Source: Octopus sinensis (Eukaryota). Taken from it: 64,000 nucleotides of DNA. Where the stretch lies: contig NC_043004.1 in the NCBI RefSeq assembly GCF_006345805.1, positions 64,666,001-64,730,000 on the forward strand, in the 5' to 3' direction. The notes beneath the pieces were generated by a model that was given only the letters and a program-made list of their open reading frames with translations, did not search any database and was not told the DNA's origin. This document shows positions 26,809-41,206 of this stretch, piece after piece. The position numbers and the translations under genes were made by a program. Every line of letters starts with the position of its first letter. Position 1 is the first letter of the stretch.

Positions 26809-27210
26809 TATTATTTAAGGCAGCATATATATATAAATATGTATGTGTGTATGTATGTATGTATGTATGTGTGTGTTTATATGCATGTATGTTTGTATCA
26901 GAACAGTCTTAAGACATGGGCACACAGGACAGTGGCCAAGAGGCCTGATAGGTCTAACAACCCAGTTCTAATCTATGCTTGCTGTGGCTTGCCATCAATA
27001 AATAAATAGTATAGTGCCCAAAGAGTGCATTGTTTTGCCTGTAATGACCCATAGTGGCGCTAAGATGGTCCTAGTTTGTGTGTGTGTATGTATACATACA
27101 CACACACATGCAATTTGTGTGTTTATACATGTGACATATACATAAGCACATGTATGTTTCTATGTATATGTGTATATATATGTGTGTGTGTGTATGTATT
27201 TATATATATA

Positions 27211-27347
27211 AGCCCAAAAAGAGAGGATCCCAAACCCTACTTCTACTGTTACGTACCCAACATGTGGCAACGTCTGCGCATCTGCCTTTGGGTTACGCTC
27301 CCACCTTTAGCGTCATTGACGTCATTGTCGAATCCTGACAAACTTCC

Positions 27348-27350
<3 letters not shown>
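27211..27350 (+). mobile_element. 3' tip of an RTE-type LINE (C-terminal C2H2-like knuckle)
   Basis: One frame reads ...TVTYPTCGNVCASAFGLRSHL*RH*, then a short UTR and (TA)n. Confidence 0.6.
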
Positions 27351-27440
<90 letters not shown>

Positions 27441-27444
<4 letters not shown>

Positions 27445-27553
27445 TAATCCAAACGGGAAAACAGAAAAAACAACAACACGTGGAACAATTACAGTATTAT
27501 TATTATTAGGCACTCAGGAAAATGGAAGAAGGAGGGTATGACGTTTCGAGCGG
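27441..27553 (-). repeat. Short dispersed repeat (copies at 29924-30158 inverted, 31498-31586)
   Basis: GGTTAATCCAAACGGGAAAACAGAAAAAACAACAACACGTGGAACAA is nearly identical at 27442 and 31499. It has (TA)n flanks. Confidence 0.8.
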
Positions 27554-27570
27554 ATATATATATATATATA

Positions 27571-29230
27571 TCCAAATAAGCAACTTTGTTCTATGGAAAC
27601 TTATGAAATTTAGAAACATCAGAGTAATACAAATCTGTTGAATAACCGTTTGGAGCTGGGATCATCTTGTATACATCGTATGACCCGAACATTTAAATAC
27701 TTTAAATAATAATTTTGTGAATATTCCTATATTTTTCAAATTTTAATTCTTTATAACCAAATAAGAAGGAATATATACCATACTAGCTTTCAATTTAACA
27801 TTTATAGATGACTAAAATAACTTCACTGCAAACTTAAAATTAAATTCTTTTTTCTAAAATTAAACTGTATGAATCTAAATAGTTAGAACCCTAAATAGTA
27901 TGAATCCCAAATAGTAGGAATACTAAATAGTATGAATCCTATGTCCCTAAAGAAACTACTCAGTTCACCTTGATTATCTCACTTCCATTTCTTAATACAT
28001 AATTAGTCTAAGATATCTTTACAAAATATATTTAACCAAATAGGAATTAATATACCATACTGGTTTTAGTTTAACACCCATAAATGATTAAAAAACTTCA
28101 TTGCAAACTTAGAATTAAATTCTTCGTTTTTTATAATGTTCTCCAATACTAAGTAGTATTAATCCTATGTCCCTGGGGAAACTATTTGGTTCATCTTGAT
28201 TATCTCACTTCCATTTCTTAATATATAATTAACCTAAGATATTTTTACCTAACTAATTAACTTTTATCTGCAGGTAGTAAATTTTATTTCCAATAGATCC
28301 TATATTTTAATTCATTAATATCAACTCACTATCCATGAAATTTGAATAATTTACTCTTCTAATTTACCTCTCTTCATATTATAAAATATCACATTCTACT
28401 AAATCTATGAATATCTTCCTTCTTTGATTTTCCATCTTTCTTAGTATATATTTTGACCCCCTTATACGTTCACTTGATTAGTAAGGTTTTTTTTCCCCAT
28501 TTAATAAGTACTATGCCTACTCATAATAAGTGATAGTTTCTTTCTCCAAATTTGAATAATTTTAGATTTATATTAAGTACTTGGAACTTATTGACCAACT
28601 GTTGTGATGATGTGCATAGGGTTTGTAAGGTCTCTGCATTCTCTGCGAATGTTATTGTGACCATTTGACATTGACCAAGTTCTCCTAACGCTGAATCTGT
28701 TCATCAAATAGTAGTAATTGGCATTTAGTTGTAACAATGCTGTCTTCAACATAAATTCCTTATATGGAGCTATGACATCCCCTTTACTCCATTTATATAA
28801 TTAGAAAATCTTTATTGTCTCCTCTCATTTGTTCTTCATTCTCAGAACCTTACAGTAGTCTGGAACAACTGAATCTTAGTCAGTCAGTTGATGGGCTCCA
28901 CTACCTCAAATGTTCTTAAAATTTAAATCCACATCTTTGTCCATGTATCTACCTTCTCTATAATGTTGCCACTTGACATGAAAATTTTTGTATTAATGGA
29001 AAACCTCTATAATTGGCTGATGAGTGCTCAGCATTTTAAAACTGTTGTAATACTTACAACATTTAATAAAATGATGTAGTACGAAACGAGCGTACAAAAT
29101 TACCGGAGTCATCCTTGTTGCTTATTTTGATTATAATTACCCCACAGATTTTTATGGATAACACCATACAGATTTCTGGTGCATCTAAATTAAGTACCAT
29201 ATTCATTTGAATCTAAATTTTTGCTGAACG
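27571..29230 (-). mobile_element. Highly degraded Penelope-like element with an oppositely oriented HHR-bearing terminal segment
   Basis: The minus-strand remnant KILLPADKS (near 28260-28285) resembles the PADK motif preceding PLE RT. There is an internal diverged duplication (27755-28022 vs 28034-28248) and an HHR at 29010 on +. The left end TCCAAATAAGCAAC is an inverted match to 29118-29131, and both ends have (TA)n. Confidence 0.55.
29010..29102 (+). ncRNA. Type I hammerhead ribozyme motif with long stem II
   Basis: TAATTGG-CTGATGA-GTGCT...TGTTGTAA(TAC)TTACAACA...AGTAC-GAAA-CGAGCG-TA-CAAAATTA. Stem II is an extended hairpin, the triplet is GUA, and stem I is imperfect. Confidence 0.8.
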
Positions 29231-29329
29231 TATATATATATATATATATACATACACATATTTTTCCAATGTATGTCACCCATAATTTAATGCATTTTGA
29301 TATAAATGGAATTGTATGTGAAAATTGTG

Positions 29330-29365
<36 letters not shown>

Positions 29366-29989
29366 ACTGCTGGTGTTATTGCTGTTGTGTTTAGCTTTGA
29401 TGTTTCTCCTTTGATGATTGGTACCAACAGTGGCAATTGGTGGCGATGGTAGTAGGAGGAGGAGGGGGAAGAAATACCCAATATCCTTTGTGAGTACCAC
29501 ATTGTTTAACTTTTATTTAGAAGCTAATGATGACGATGGTGGTAATAATAATAATAATAATAACAATAATAATAATAATGATGATGATGATAACAATAAC
29601 AATAATAATAATGATGATGATGATGATGATGATGATGATAGGATTTCAGTTTAAATGACTAACATATTAAAGCTTTTAAAAAAAAGGTGGGGAAGGTTTT
29701 TTTCCTTCTTTCTAACTTGATAATAGATTAAATTTGATTAACTAAGTAATAAACAATGAATTAGATTGGGAGATGTTAAATAAAAATTCATAATATGATT
29801 TTATAATTTTATTACAAATTTCGATAAATAATATTTAGAAATTAATTTGAAGGAATGAAGATAATGAAAGAGAGGGAAAGAGTATGTGTGTGTGTGTAAT
29901 TATTTATATATATTTATACATATACCTCGTGTGTACCGTTGGCGATTTTTTTTCCTGTCTTCCCTTCTCTGGATCTTTCCTTCTCCTAT

Positions 29990-30024
29990 GTTTCCGACGA
30001 AGTGCTCCGCTTGAAACATTAAAC
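29990..30024 (+). ncRNA. Degenerate minimal hammerhead motif in a short dispersed repeat
   Basis: GTTT-CCGACGA-A-GTGC(TCC)GCTT-GAAA-CA-TT-AAAC. Partial copies at 30052 (CGCTCGAAACGTTAAAC) and 27540-27553 (minus strand) restore GCTC-GAAA-CG-T. Confidence 0.5.
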
Positions 30025-30186
30025 TTCCTTTCTTTCCTGAGCGTCCAATAACGCTCGAAACGTTAAACTTCCTTTCTTTCCTGAGCGTCTAATAATACTA
30101 TATTTGTTCCACGTCCTCGCGTTGTTGTTTTTTTGTGTTTTCTTGTTTGGATTAACTCTATACATATATATACATATAAAAATATG

Positions 30187-30218
<32 letters not shown>

Positions 30219-30713
30219 ATTGTTATATTTCGGAATGGTCATTTTGCTAGTTTAGCCAATAAACATACTATATATGTATATATAAACGTACTATATATAT
30301 GTGTGTGTGTGTGTGTGTGTATACATGCTTTTGTGAGGGGTAGGTTGTGTGTGTCTATATGTAAGTATGAATCTATATGAATGTTTTTATACCTCTAAGT
30401 TATGTTCGTGTATGCTTTTGTCGTATGTATGCATGTTTTTGTGTTTGTAAATATGTATATGTATATTTTCTTCTTTGTCTGTGCTTGTAATTGTGAGGCA
30501 TGGTAAAATGGAAGAGTGTCTTCTAGTACAAAAACCATAGTAGATATAGAATCTAATCTGCAGGAATGTCTTTTGAAAGAGTAATGCTTTAAATATTTCT
30601 TTGCGAGTGATCAAGTATAGAATAATTTAATTCTGTAGTATTTCTTATGACAGTAACATGAGAAAGATATGAGCATGTATATGTCTCTCTCTCTCTCTTT
30701 ATCTCTCTCCCCC

Positions 30714-30812
<99 letters not shown>

Positions 30813-31191
30813 CATACATATACATACATATATATGTATGAATATAAATATGCATACATACTTACACATATACCTTATAATACAAGAAAATCCAAGATCT
30901 AAGAATGGTGTATGAAATGGTAAAGTAATAAAAGTTACTTACAGACTTAACCAAACTTCTGTTGGTGCATTTTTCTTCCATACAAAAAAAGCAAGTATGT
31001 GTGTTTATATATATATATATATAATGTGCAGGCATGGCTGTGGGATAAGAAGCTTGCTTACCTACCACATGGTTCTAGGTTCAGTTCCACTGCATGACAC
31101 CTTGGGCAAGTGTCTTTTACTGTAGCCTTAAACCAACTAATGCATTGTGAATGGATTTGGTAGATAGAAACTGAAAGAAGCCCATCATATG

Positions 31192-31227
<36 letters not shown>

Positions 31228-31731
31228 GTGTGTGTGTGTGAGTGTGTGTCTTTCTATCTGTGTTTGTCTCCCCACTACCACTTGACAAATGGTGTTGGTG
31301 TGTTTATATCCCCATTACTTAGCAGTTCACCAAAAGACAACGGAATAAGTAACAGGCTTAACAAAAGTACTGGGGTTGGTTCATTTGTTAACAAATTGTT
31401 CAAGATATTCCTTGGCATGGCTGCAGTCTAACAACTGAAACAAGTAATAGATATATATATATATATGTATATGTGCGTGTATATATATATATATATAAGG
31501 TTAATCCAAACGGGAAAACAGAAAAAACAACAACACGTGGAACAATTACAGTATTATTATTATTAGGCGCTCAGGAAAATGGAAGATATGTATATGTGTG
31601 TGTGTATATATATATATATATTTAAATAATGAGGGAGATTTTCCTCTAGAGAATTCCTTTGTAGTTTGATCGTTGATGATCTATTTCTAGCATACGGCCG
31701 ATTTCCTAGCAGTCAAGCCCTGCCGATATAC

Positions 31732-31763
<32 letters not shown>

Positions 31764-31774
31764 GTATATGTATG

Positions 31775-31813
<39 letters not shown>

Positions 31814-33012
31814 GCATACATATATATGAGGGGCTTCTTTCAGTTTCCGTCTACCAAATCTACTCACAAGGCTTTGGTCAGCCTGAGGCTATTGCAGAAG
31901 ACACTTGCTCAAGGTGCCATGCAGTGGGACTGAACCTGGAACCATGGGGTTCGTAAGCAAGCTACTTACCACAGAGCCACACCTATGCCTATGCTTACCA
32001 CACAACCACTCCTACGCCTATTTAGGTAAATTTCTTCAATATTGGCAAATTTCTTCAGGATCCTAATTCTGGTAAGGATTATAGGTTTATTAGGGAATTC
32101 TAGTTTAAGGAGGTTTTGTTGCATATTGATAGACGGATTGATAGAAACAAATAGATAGCTTTTAAAATATTTTCAGTATATGTGCACACAATTATAAACA
32201 GATGTGCATATGTGCACGTATGCGTATGCACCGAAACAACCGCAAAGTATTGAGTTCTTTTCAAAGAATAAAAATAAATGTTGAAGGTGGAACCAAACAA
32301 AAGAAATTACCAAATGATAAAAATAAAACTGCTGCTGCTGCAGCTACATGAGGTATACAGCAGCAACAACAACAAGAACTCTGTGTGCAAAGCATGAAAG
32401 TGAAGAAATAAGATCTATGCAAAATAAAATATCAAAATAATTTGATTTAAATGATTCTGCTGCTTTCAGATTAGATTGATGATAGAAGCTGAGAGTATGG
32501 AATGGTAAAAATCTTCAGAGAGAGAGAGAAGCGTTTGGAGATTGGAATGTTGAGACGTAGTGCTAGTTGTGGTTGTTGCCATTAGAATCTTAAAGAATGC
32601 GGTTGTCTATCAAAACTCTTAACTAACTACACACTCATGTCCACATCACACACACACACAAACACACACAAATATATATATGTGTTATACACACATGCAC
32701 ACAAACTGAGGGAACTTTGTAAACAGTTATAAAGGATATGTTTTATGTAAATGTGTTTTGGTTATTTATATATGTATGTATATACATATGTATTTCACAC
32801 ACACACATGCATAAAAGTAATATTTTTTCAATAGATTCATATTTCTAATTTGCACGTATTTATATGTATATGTATGTATACATGTATATATATATACATA
32901 TGTGCATATATGTATACGTGTATATATATGTATGTACATATATGTATACATGTGTGTGTGTGTATATATACACACATACATACACACAAATATGTATATA
33001 CATATATGTATG

Positions 33013-33057
<45 letters not shown>

Positions 33058-33377
33058 GCCTATATGTCCAACTCATGCCAGCATAGAAAACAGACGTTAA
33101 ATGATGTTGATTTGTATGTATGCATACATGTGTGTATTTGTGTTTGCATATGCACACGTACACATGCACATATATATACAGACACATGCACACATACACA
33201 CACGTAAATATATACATACAATTTTCATGCACAAATACATAACTATTATATCCTCTTTGTTGCACTGACATTAGTCTGTGTGTACCTGTGGTATGTTTAT
33301 GCAAATTAAGCTGATATACACTTATTTACAAACTATATGCAATATCTGTTTTTCTATACATACAAATATGCGCATCC

Positions 33378-33412
<35 letters not shown>

Positions 33413-35009
33413 TGTATGTATGTATGTATGTATGTGTGTATGTATGTATGTATGTGTGAGTGTGTGTGTGTGTGTACATGTATCTATTTATACATATATA
33501 CACATACAAGCAATAATCTTTTAAAGTGTAATTTAGGAAGGATGTTGCCAGAGAATGGTACAGCCCTACCATTGCATGATGTAATTGTGTGTTACAGAAC
33601 GGAGCCAATGAGGTAGAAAATCTATAAATGATTAAGGGAACACCATACCTGATTAGCTATGTAGGAGAGAAGAGATTTCAGTTTGTCGATTCCTAATGTT
33701 ATTGCAGAAAAATTTGCAACACCCTAATTTTAATCTATATTCTGTAATCCAATTTATTCTCTTCTATTCGTTTCCCATCCAGTTTATCATTGCTTCATTT
33801 CCATATTATTTTTACTGCTTTTCAATCTATCTATCATCCTATTTATTTAATATTATCTATTTTGCTATCTATCTATCAGCCTATATGTCTTCCAATCTAT
33901 GTACCTATCTACCAATTTAACTACATACCTACCTAACTACCTATCTCTTTATCTACTTTATCTATCTGTCTGTCTACTTACTTATCTATTACAATGTGGA
34001 TTCTCGTCCACTTGTATGTTAGTGTCGGCACTGTAATATTCTTATCACCACTGCTATATTGTGGCGGTATTCCATATCTTATTATCTTTGGCTCATTTAT
34101 CATGCTATCACTGACAGCTCCGCAAGACAATGACTTGAACAGTCTACCTTGACGCTAACTCACACTCGCATTTGACATATATCTAACTCTGACTCCAACT
34201 CATATGACGACTCTATTACTGCTGACTCCCTACAATGACTGACTGTCTGACTTAGTCACGTGGGAAAAGGTATACCACACTATCTATCTCTATTTTCTTT
34301 ATTAGTTGAGTTTGCTGTCGCCATGATTCTGGTGTTTATAATTTCATGCCAGAGCATTTGTCAAACTTGTGAAATATATACGTATGATTGGATGTGCAAA
34401 AATACATAATTTTTCCATGCTGGTTTCAACTTTTATTGTGAATCATGATAAACTCCCACCATTGTTATTTCATACAGGGTCCTGCACAGTCTGATATGGG
34501 CTATGATGTAATATAAGAACATATCAGTAATGAGGCAAAAACGAACATGGGTTTGGATTTGATAGTCCTTTATTTTGTCTGTTACATATGCTTCAGGATT
34601 CAATAACATATGATGTTACACTATTGATGCAATCCTTAAGGGCAGCATGCATAAGCAAGCACATCCTCCTCAGATGTCTTTAATGTCCATGTTTCATGAT
34701 GACATGGGCTGAACACTCTGACAGGATTCAGCAGGTCCAAGGACTGCCACATTCTCCAATACATTCCTTGGCATAGTTTCTGACTGGATGTCCTTCCTAA
34801 CACAGTGTGAACTGGGTGATTTCTTTTTTGTACCACCAGTACCACTGAGGTTGCCATGCACACACAAGACTATGTACCTTGAGGGTGGGTGTCAGCTTTA
34901 TTGCTTGGAGATGAGGAGTTGGGTTAAAGTATAAGAGAAGGGCAGAGTGGTTTCTTGTAGATGAGCTGCACATATACGGTTCTACATTTAAGACTATGCC
35001 ATGTGCCCA

Positions 35010-35290
35010 TGGGAATATGACGTAGGGGTTAAGAATGCAGGCTACTAACCCCAAGATTTTGAGTACGATTCGAAGCAGTGACCTGAACAATAATAATAAT
35101 AATAATAACAATAATAATAATTACAATAATAATAATAATAACATCAAAAAATACCTTAGGAATGAGAACCCAGGTTCAAAATTTCCCCAAGACACTTGAT
35201 AAAGGCTGGAGGGTATAACAGCCGAAACATGTTAACAACAAGCAAGATGAGGACAAATATCCATCGAATGTAAATAATGTAAATAATGAG
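35010..35290 (+). mobile_element. tRNA-headed SINE-like element with (AAT)n linker and HHR-containing tail
   Basis: A-box-like TAGGGGTTAAG, anticodon-arm-like GGCTACTAACCC and B-box-like GAGTACGATTC, followed by (AAT)n, a body and the HHR. A second copy lies at 54128-55112. Confidence 0.7.
35191..35233 (+). ncRNA. Degenerate minimal hammerhead motif (paralogue of 54988)
   Basis: GACAC-TTGATAA-A-GGCTG(GAGGGTATAA)CAGCC-GAAAC-ATGTT. Stem III and the cleavage site are damaged. Confidence 0.55.
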
Positions 35291-37442
35291 TTGCATATAT
35301 ATATATATAAAGTACAGGAATGGCTGTGGGGTAATAAGTTTGCTTCCCAACCACATGGTTCTGAGTTCAGTTCTACTGCAAGGCACTTGGGCAAATATCT
35401 TCTACTATAGCCTTAGGCCAATCAGAGCCTTGTCAGTGGATTTGGTAGGCAGAAACTGAAAGCAGTGTGTGTGTGTGCATGTGTGTGTGTGTGTGTGTGT
35501 GTGCCTTTTTTATACTTGTGCTTGTCCTCACTAGCATTTTGCAACCAGTGTTGGTGAGTTTATGTCCCCATACCAGTTCAGCAAAAGAGATCAATACAAT
35601 AAGTACCAACCTTAAAAAAAATAAAACGTACTAGAGCTAATTCATTCAACTAAAATTTCTCAACGTGTAGTGCTCTAGCATGGCCATAGTCTAATGACTG
35701 AAACAAGATGTGTGTATGTACATATATATATATATATCATCATCATCATCATCATCGTTTAGCGTCCGCTTTCCATGCTAGCATGGGTTGGACGGGTCAA
35801 CTGGGGTCTGTGAAGCTGGAAGGCTTCGTCAGGCCCAGTCAGATCTGGCAGTGTTTCTACGGCTGGATGCCCTTCCTAACGCCAATATATATATATATAT
35901 CTTTCGCAAGTTTGACTTTCGCACCTAATGACTACTAACTCCCTACAAAGCTAAGGTGTGACATCACACCTACCCTATCTCTAGTGATATACTGTTCCCA
36001 CATCTGAGACAGATGTAGATATAGCAGCTACATATACAGTCATCTCCAATGATTACTACACACCCATGGATCAAAAACCACATCAAAATATGATTACTCC
36101 ACAGATTGGCATGAAGTCCCTCACCATCACATTCAAACAACCTATGCCACTCAGATGTGCTGCTTCCTTACTCTTCACTTTACATAACCACCTTTGTTCA
36201 TTGGAGCTGCTTTATCTCATATCACCTTCTTGTATTACTCAACACCCATACAATGTATGTTTTGTTTTGTTTTCCTCGTCACCACATCAAGCATTTCATC
36301 CAATCCTTCCTACTCTAGAATGTTATCCCTCTGAAATTCCTTTGTTACTTGTTCCAACCACCACCACCACCACCTTCCTCATTTATCCATTGGCTTCTAA
36401 TTATTCAAAAGAAACATTAACAATATTGATCTCACCGGGTTTGGAGAACCTACAAAGGTTATCAACAGAGTCCCTTCCTCTACACCACCAAACCAATGGA
36501 AAAACAGTTCATGTGTTGTTGTTGTTGTTGTTGTTGTTTTTATGGCTCTTTGTGGACAGAAGGAAATCCCAACCGAATAAAACCTGTCAATTGCAATAAT
36601 GAACACAAAGCAATAGTTATGGTGAGGTTAGAAATGGTGGTGGCGGAGGTGGTGTGGTTGTTAGTAATAGTAGTAGTAGAAGTAGTGGTGGTGGTGGTGG
36701 TGGCAGCAGTTGTTAGTCGTAGTAGTAGTAGCACAGCAACACTTTGCCTTCTTAACCACTTAGCCATCATTCATACTCAGCCGGCTACTTAGGATGTCAA
36801 CCAACAAGTTCAGAAAATATTGTGAATCTGTACATACTAAAATGTCTGCCAACACATTTGTTGTGTGTTGATTGGGTGAAATTGGTAAAAACACCTCCTT
36901 CCATAATGGCTGACACATAATACAAAATGCACAAAACTATATATACAAACACACACACAAACATAGATATATGTATATCATGTGTGTGTATGCACAGATG
37001 TGTATGTATATATTGATGGATGGATGTATGGCTGTATATATAATATGCATACACACACAAACACACACATATATATATACATATATTTGTATATGTATAC
37101 TTATGCATGTTTATATATGTGTGTATGTATATCTATAATATGTATAAATCAATAAAGAAGACACAGCAACAACTTAAACAACAAGCAAACAATCTGAAGT
37201 TGTCTCAGAGAGAAAGAAGTCAATGGTTCCGCTTAGAATTGGTGAAAATAATAACAACAAAACAGATATATTTTTCATTGTTTTATTTGAGCTTTTATTT
37301 ATTTATATATGTAGTTTTATTTCCATTTCCATATTGTCTTGTTACTGCTTTGCGATATATTCTGATTTGCTGATTTCCATATGTCAAATTCTGCAAGCTT
37401 ATTTTTATTTATTTATTTTTTGGGTTTTTAAATGTGTGAGTA

Positions 37443-37481
<39 letters not shown>

Positions 37482-37632
37482 GTATGCAGATTGATAATTA
37501 TAGATAGATATATGCTTGTGTGTGCATGTGTGCGCATATATATATATATACACATGTATGTGCATGCATAGGTATGTGCATTTATATATCTATATGTGTG
37601 TATATATGCATATATATATATATATATATATA

Positions 37633-38065
37633 TCATCATCATCATCATCATCGTTTAACATCCATTTTCCGTGCTAGCACGGGTTGGACGGTTCGACCGG
37701 GGTCTGGGAAGCCAGGAGGCTGCACCAGGCTCCAGTCTGATCTGGCAGTGTTTCTACAGCTGGATGCCCTTCCTAATGCCAGCCACTCCATGAGTGTAGT
37801 GGGTGCTTTTTACGTGCCACTGGCACAGAAGCCAGTCAAGGCGGCGCTGGCATCGGCCACGTTCAGATGGTGCTTTTTACGTGCCACCAGCACAGGTATC
37901 ACAACTACTATTTCCATTTGATATTTATTTCGATGTTCATGTACTTGACTCAATAGGTCTCCTCAAGCACAGCAGGTTGATCTGAAATCCAAGGTACTTT
38001 GAATGGGCAGGGGCTATGCAGAACTGGTGCAGGAAGCAGCCTGGGTCTTTGCAGTCACAGCATAT
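37633..38065 (-). mobile_element. Repeat family C (RTE-like 3' tail ending in (GAT)n)
   Basis: CATCATCGTTTAAC..TCC..GCTAGCA.GGGTTGGACGG...GGATGCCCTTCCTAA. Related copies at about 10090-10425, 15160-15330, 19300-19430, 22980-23200, 35737-35885, 43278-43412, 45047-45340 and 60240-60475. Confidence 0.75.
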
Positions 38066-38137
38066 CTCGAGAGATATATTTGTGTGTAAATATATGTATG
38101 ATATACATTTCCATGTGTGTGTATGTGTATATAATTA

Positions 38138-38185
<48 letters not shown>

Positions 38186-38340
38186 CACACATATATACAT
38201 ATACAGACACATACATATATACACATAAACACATGTATACACACACTGCTCTCCCATGCTGCCACCCATCCAATCCCCTCCGTTTTGACAGCTTTCTGCC
38301 ATTCTCCCTGCTTCCCTCTACACATTCATACACACAGAAA

Positions 38341-38398
<58 letters not shown>

Positions 38399-40562
38399 TA
38401 TCTAAGAATTTACGTTGAAAGTCTCTGAATATTCTTCCTTCTGACATTGGTCCAACTCTTTCTGACAGATGTTCCTCAACAGATCAACAATATTTTTGAC
38501 AGATGTTCTTCAACAAATCAACAATATTCCTCTCAAATCAGTTTCCAAACACAATTATCAATTTTTTCCTCTCCTCCTTCAAACACCAACACCACATTTA
38601 CCAGCAGCTCCCCCATCACAACCATCCATCATTTGTTTCTTCCCTGCTTTGCTTTATTCCCCCCACCTCTCCCATAGTTTCTAGTAATAGTAGCAGCAAC
38701 TGTAATAGTAGTTGTAGGGGTGGTGTTGGCAATGGTGATAATAAAATCTAAAATAAATAAAAATAAAAATAAATAAATAAATAACCATGACAACGGTGTT
38801 CGACCTCAAAAAAGAAGAAGAAAAAAATAAGGATATTTGCAAGGAAAAGCCATCATCTCATCCACCTAATGTCAGTTTGTCTTGGAATAATACTCTTTAT
38901 TAATCAGCATCATTCTTTATTAATGTCATTTTATTTTGTCATATGTTGTTGTTGTTGTTGTTTTGGACACATTAGACAATGTGCTCATAGTTGCTCTTGC
39001 TTTCCTCCTCTCTGTTGGAACATAAAAAAAAACAAGAAAAATATAAAACCGTCATGCTTGGATTGTTTTTCATTATAGAGTCTCCTTCTCAAGATTGATC
39101 TAGGGTTAAATAATAACAGCAAGAACAAATCCATATAAAGGGCATCTGTTGGTTAAGGTTACATGTGTGTGTGCCGATGTATGGGCAAGATATTTTGAAG
39201 AAGACTAACAGTCGCTCAAGTATGCTTACCTCCCTTCTTCAGGCTGCCACTGTCGTTTATCCAAGGGAAAGGCTGTCTAACATGGGAAGATAGATTTAAG
39301 CAACCAGTATTCTCACAGGCATTGCTGTTTGAATAGAAAGAGCAAGAAGAGGGACTGCAAGGCACGTGTTACAGCCCTGGTTTGGTATTTTTTTGTTTTT
39401 TCATTGACCCCCAAAAGGATAAAAGTCATAATTCACCATAGCAGAATTTGAACCCAGAGTGCAGAAAATCAGAACAAATACCACACAGCATTCTATCAGA
39501 TGCTGTAAGGACTCTCCTAATTCTACTTTTGAATGAGTCATCACTCACCTTATATAGTAGATACACAGACAACAGCAGTAGAGGCAGGTGATGCTGCTCA
39601 GCCTCAGGTCAATCCTTGATCCAGTAGCACTCCAATTAAAGGCATTCCAGCTGTAACTATTCAGTCACATTTTGGCACATCAAATACTAAATAGCCTGAG
39701 ATGATAGGGAAGTGTGATTTTTTAGAGAAACTTGGCTGCTATTTCTAGCAAATAGAGAATCCCTCAATAATTGTTGTTGCTCTATTTGTTACTGCGGTTG
39801 AAACATTCTGGTTACTGTGGCAACAGAGACTATTCTGATATTAAAACTATTTCATCAACAAAAGCTGTGTACTTGATAATGCTTGTATCACCTTATTTTG
39901 TTATGGCACAAGCACTAGAAGGGTTGCTGTGTGATTGAGAAGACTAAAAGGTCCTCTTGACTTCGTATTATCTTTATTCATTTCTCAACCACTTTAGAGA
40001 GTTTTCTGGGTGCATTTTATCTTGGCCCCTGCACTAGACAAGTCGCTGTGTACCCAATGAGGCAAAGAGTTCCAATTACTCTATGATGTATTTGTTTGCT
40101 CAAGACAATGAGGCTGAGAAGGCAACTAATAGAAAGAGGGAGAGAGAGAGAATAACAGAAGAAGCCAAGAAAGGAGCGAAAATATGATGATAGAAACAGA
40201 TTGGGATAAGAGATTAGTAGAAGAGGAGAGTGAGCAATGGATAAAAAGAGATGGTCAGTGGTCAAGCTATCTTAAATGAAAATAAGGTCACATCAAATAA
40301 TGTTGCCCCTTAATTTACTAAAACCTCAGCCTTGCAGAGATGTTAGTAAATCACTGTTAAGTTACAGGATCATAAACAAACCAACACCAATTGTACTGCG
40401 GTGAGAGATTCACACGAAAACATGTCCTCACCCATGCACACATGCACACACACACATACACACACACACACACACCACATATATACGAGAATTTTAATGG
40501 AGATAAAGCTCCAGTATAGAGTACAACTGTTTTTTTCACTTGTATAGGAGCTAAAGATTAAT

Positions 40563-41171
40563 AAAATTTGGTAATTTGGTATAAGATATTTGTCTTAAAC
40601 ATTCTGACAAGCAAACTCACAGTTCAGTTGTATGACATGAGATATTTTTCCATTCAAATAACCACATATTTATATTAAGACAGAGATGATAAGAATATAG
40701 AAATATAAAAATATAAACTTAAAAAATATAAGGAGTACCATTAAAGTAGAAAATATAGTTAGAATAGATTCAAGCAGGTGGTTGAAAAGATCAGTCCAAA
40801 CCTACAGCCGTTTCAGAAAGGAACCCTGAGGAAGGAAATGTTTTTATACAGGGAGCTGAATTTGGATTATTTCCTACAGCCCCTTAAAACTTTTATGAAA
40901 TGGCCGTAGGTTTGGATTGATCCTTTTAATCACCTCCTTTAATCTATTCTAACTATATTTTATTCTTTCATGGTACTCCTTATATATTTTAAATATTTTT
41001 TATGTTTTTATGTTTATATTCTTATATTTCTATATTTTTATCATCTATGTCTTAATATAAATATGTGGTTATTTGAATGGAATAATATCGCATGTCATAC
41101 ATCTGAATTATAAATTTATTTATCTGAATGTTTAAGGCAAATATCTGAAATTTTTATCTTGTACCAAATTT
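40563..41171 (+). mobile_element. Long fold-back element (~250 bp imperfect arms) whose loop and right arm start form an HHR
   Basis: 40563-40815 is an imperfect reverse complement of 40896-41171. HHR at 40821-40913. Confidence 0.72.
40821..40913 (+). ncRNA. Type I hammerhead motif with long stem II
   Basis: GAACC-CTGAGGA-...GGGAGCTG...CAGCCCC...-GAAA-TGGCCG-TA-GGTTT. The inverted copy at 40801-40815 reads CGGCTG, so the two arms together give a consensus palindrome CGGCCG. Confidence 0.68.

Positions 41172-41206
<35 letters not shown>

Noticed and set aside
34060-34279. Segment bounded by TGTGG...CCACA, possible solo LTR
   Set aside because: No convincing target-site duplication or second copy in the window.
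35014-35085. tRNA gene
   Set aside because: It has A/B boxes but no complete cloverleaf. It is a SINE head, as are the other tRNA-like motifs in the window.
36066-36599. 177 aa ORF
   Set aside because: It has low-complexity stretches and no motif or splice support.
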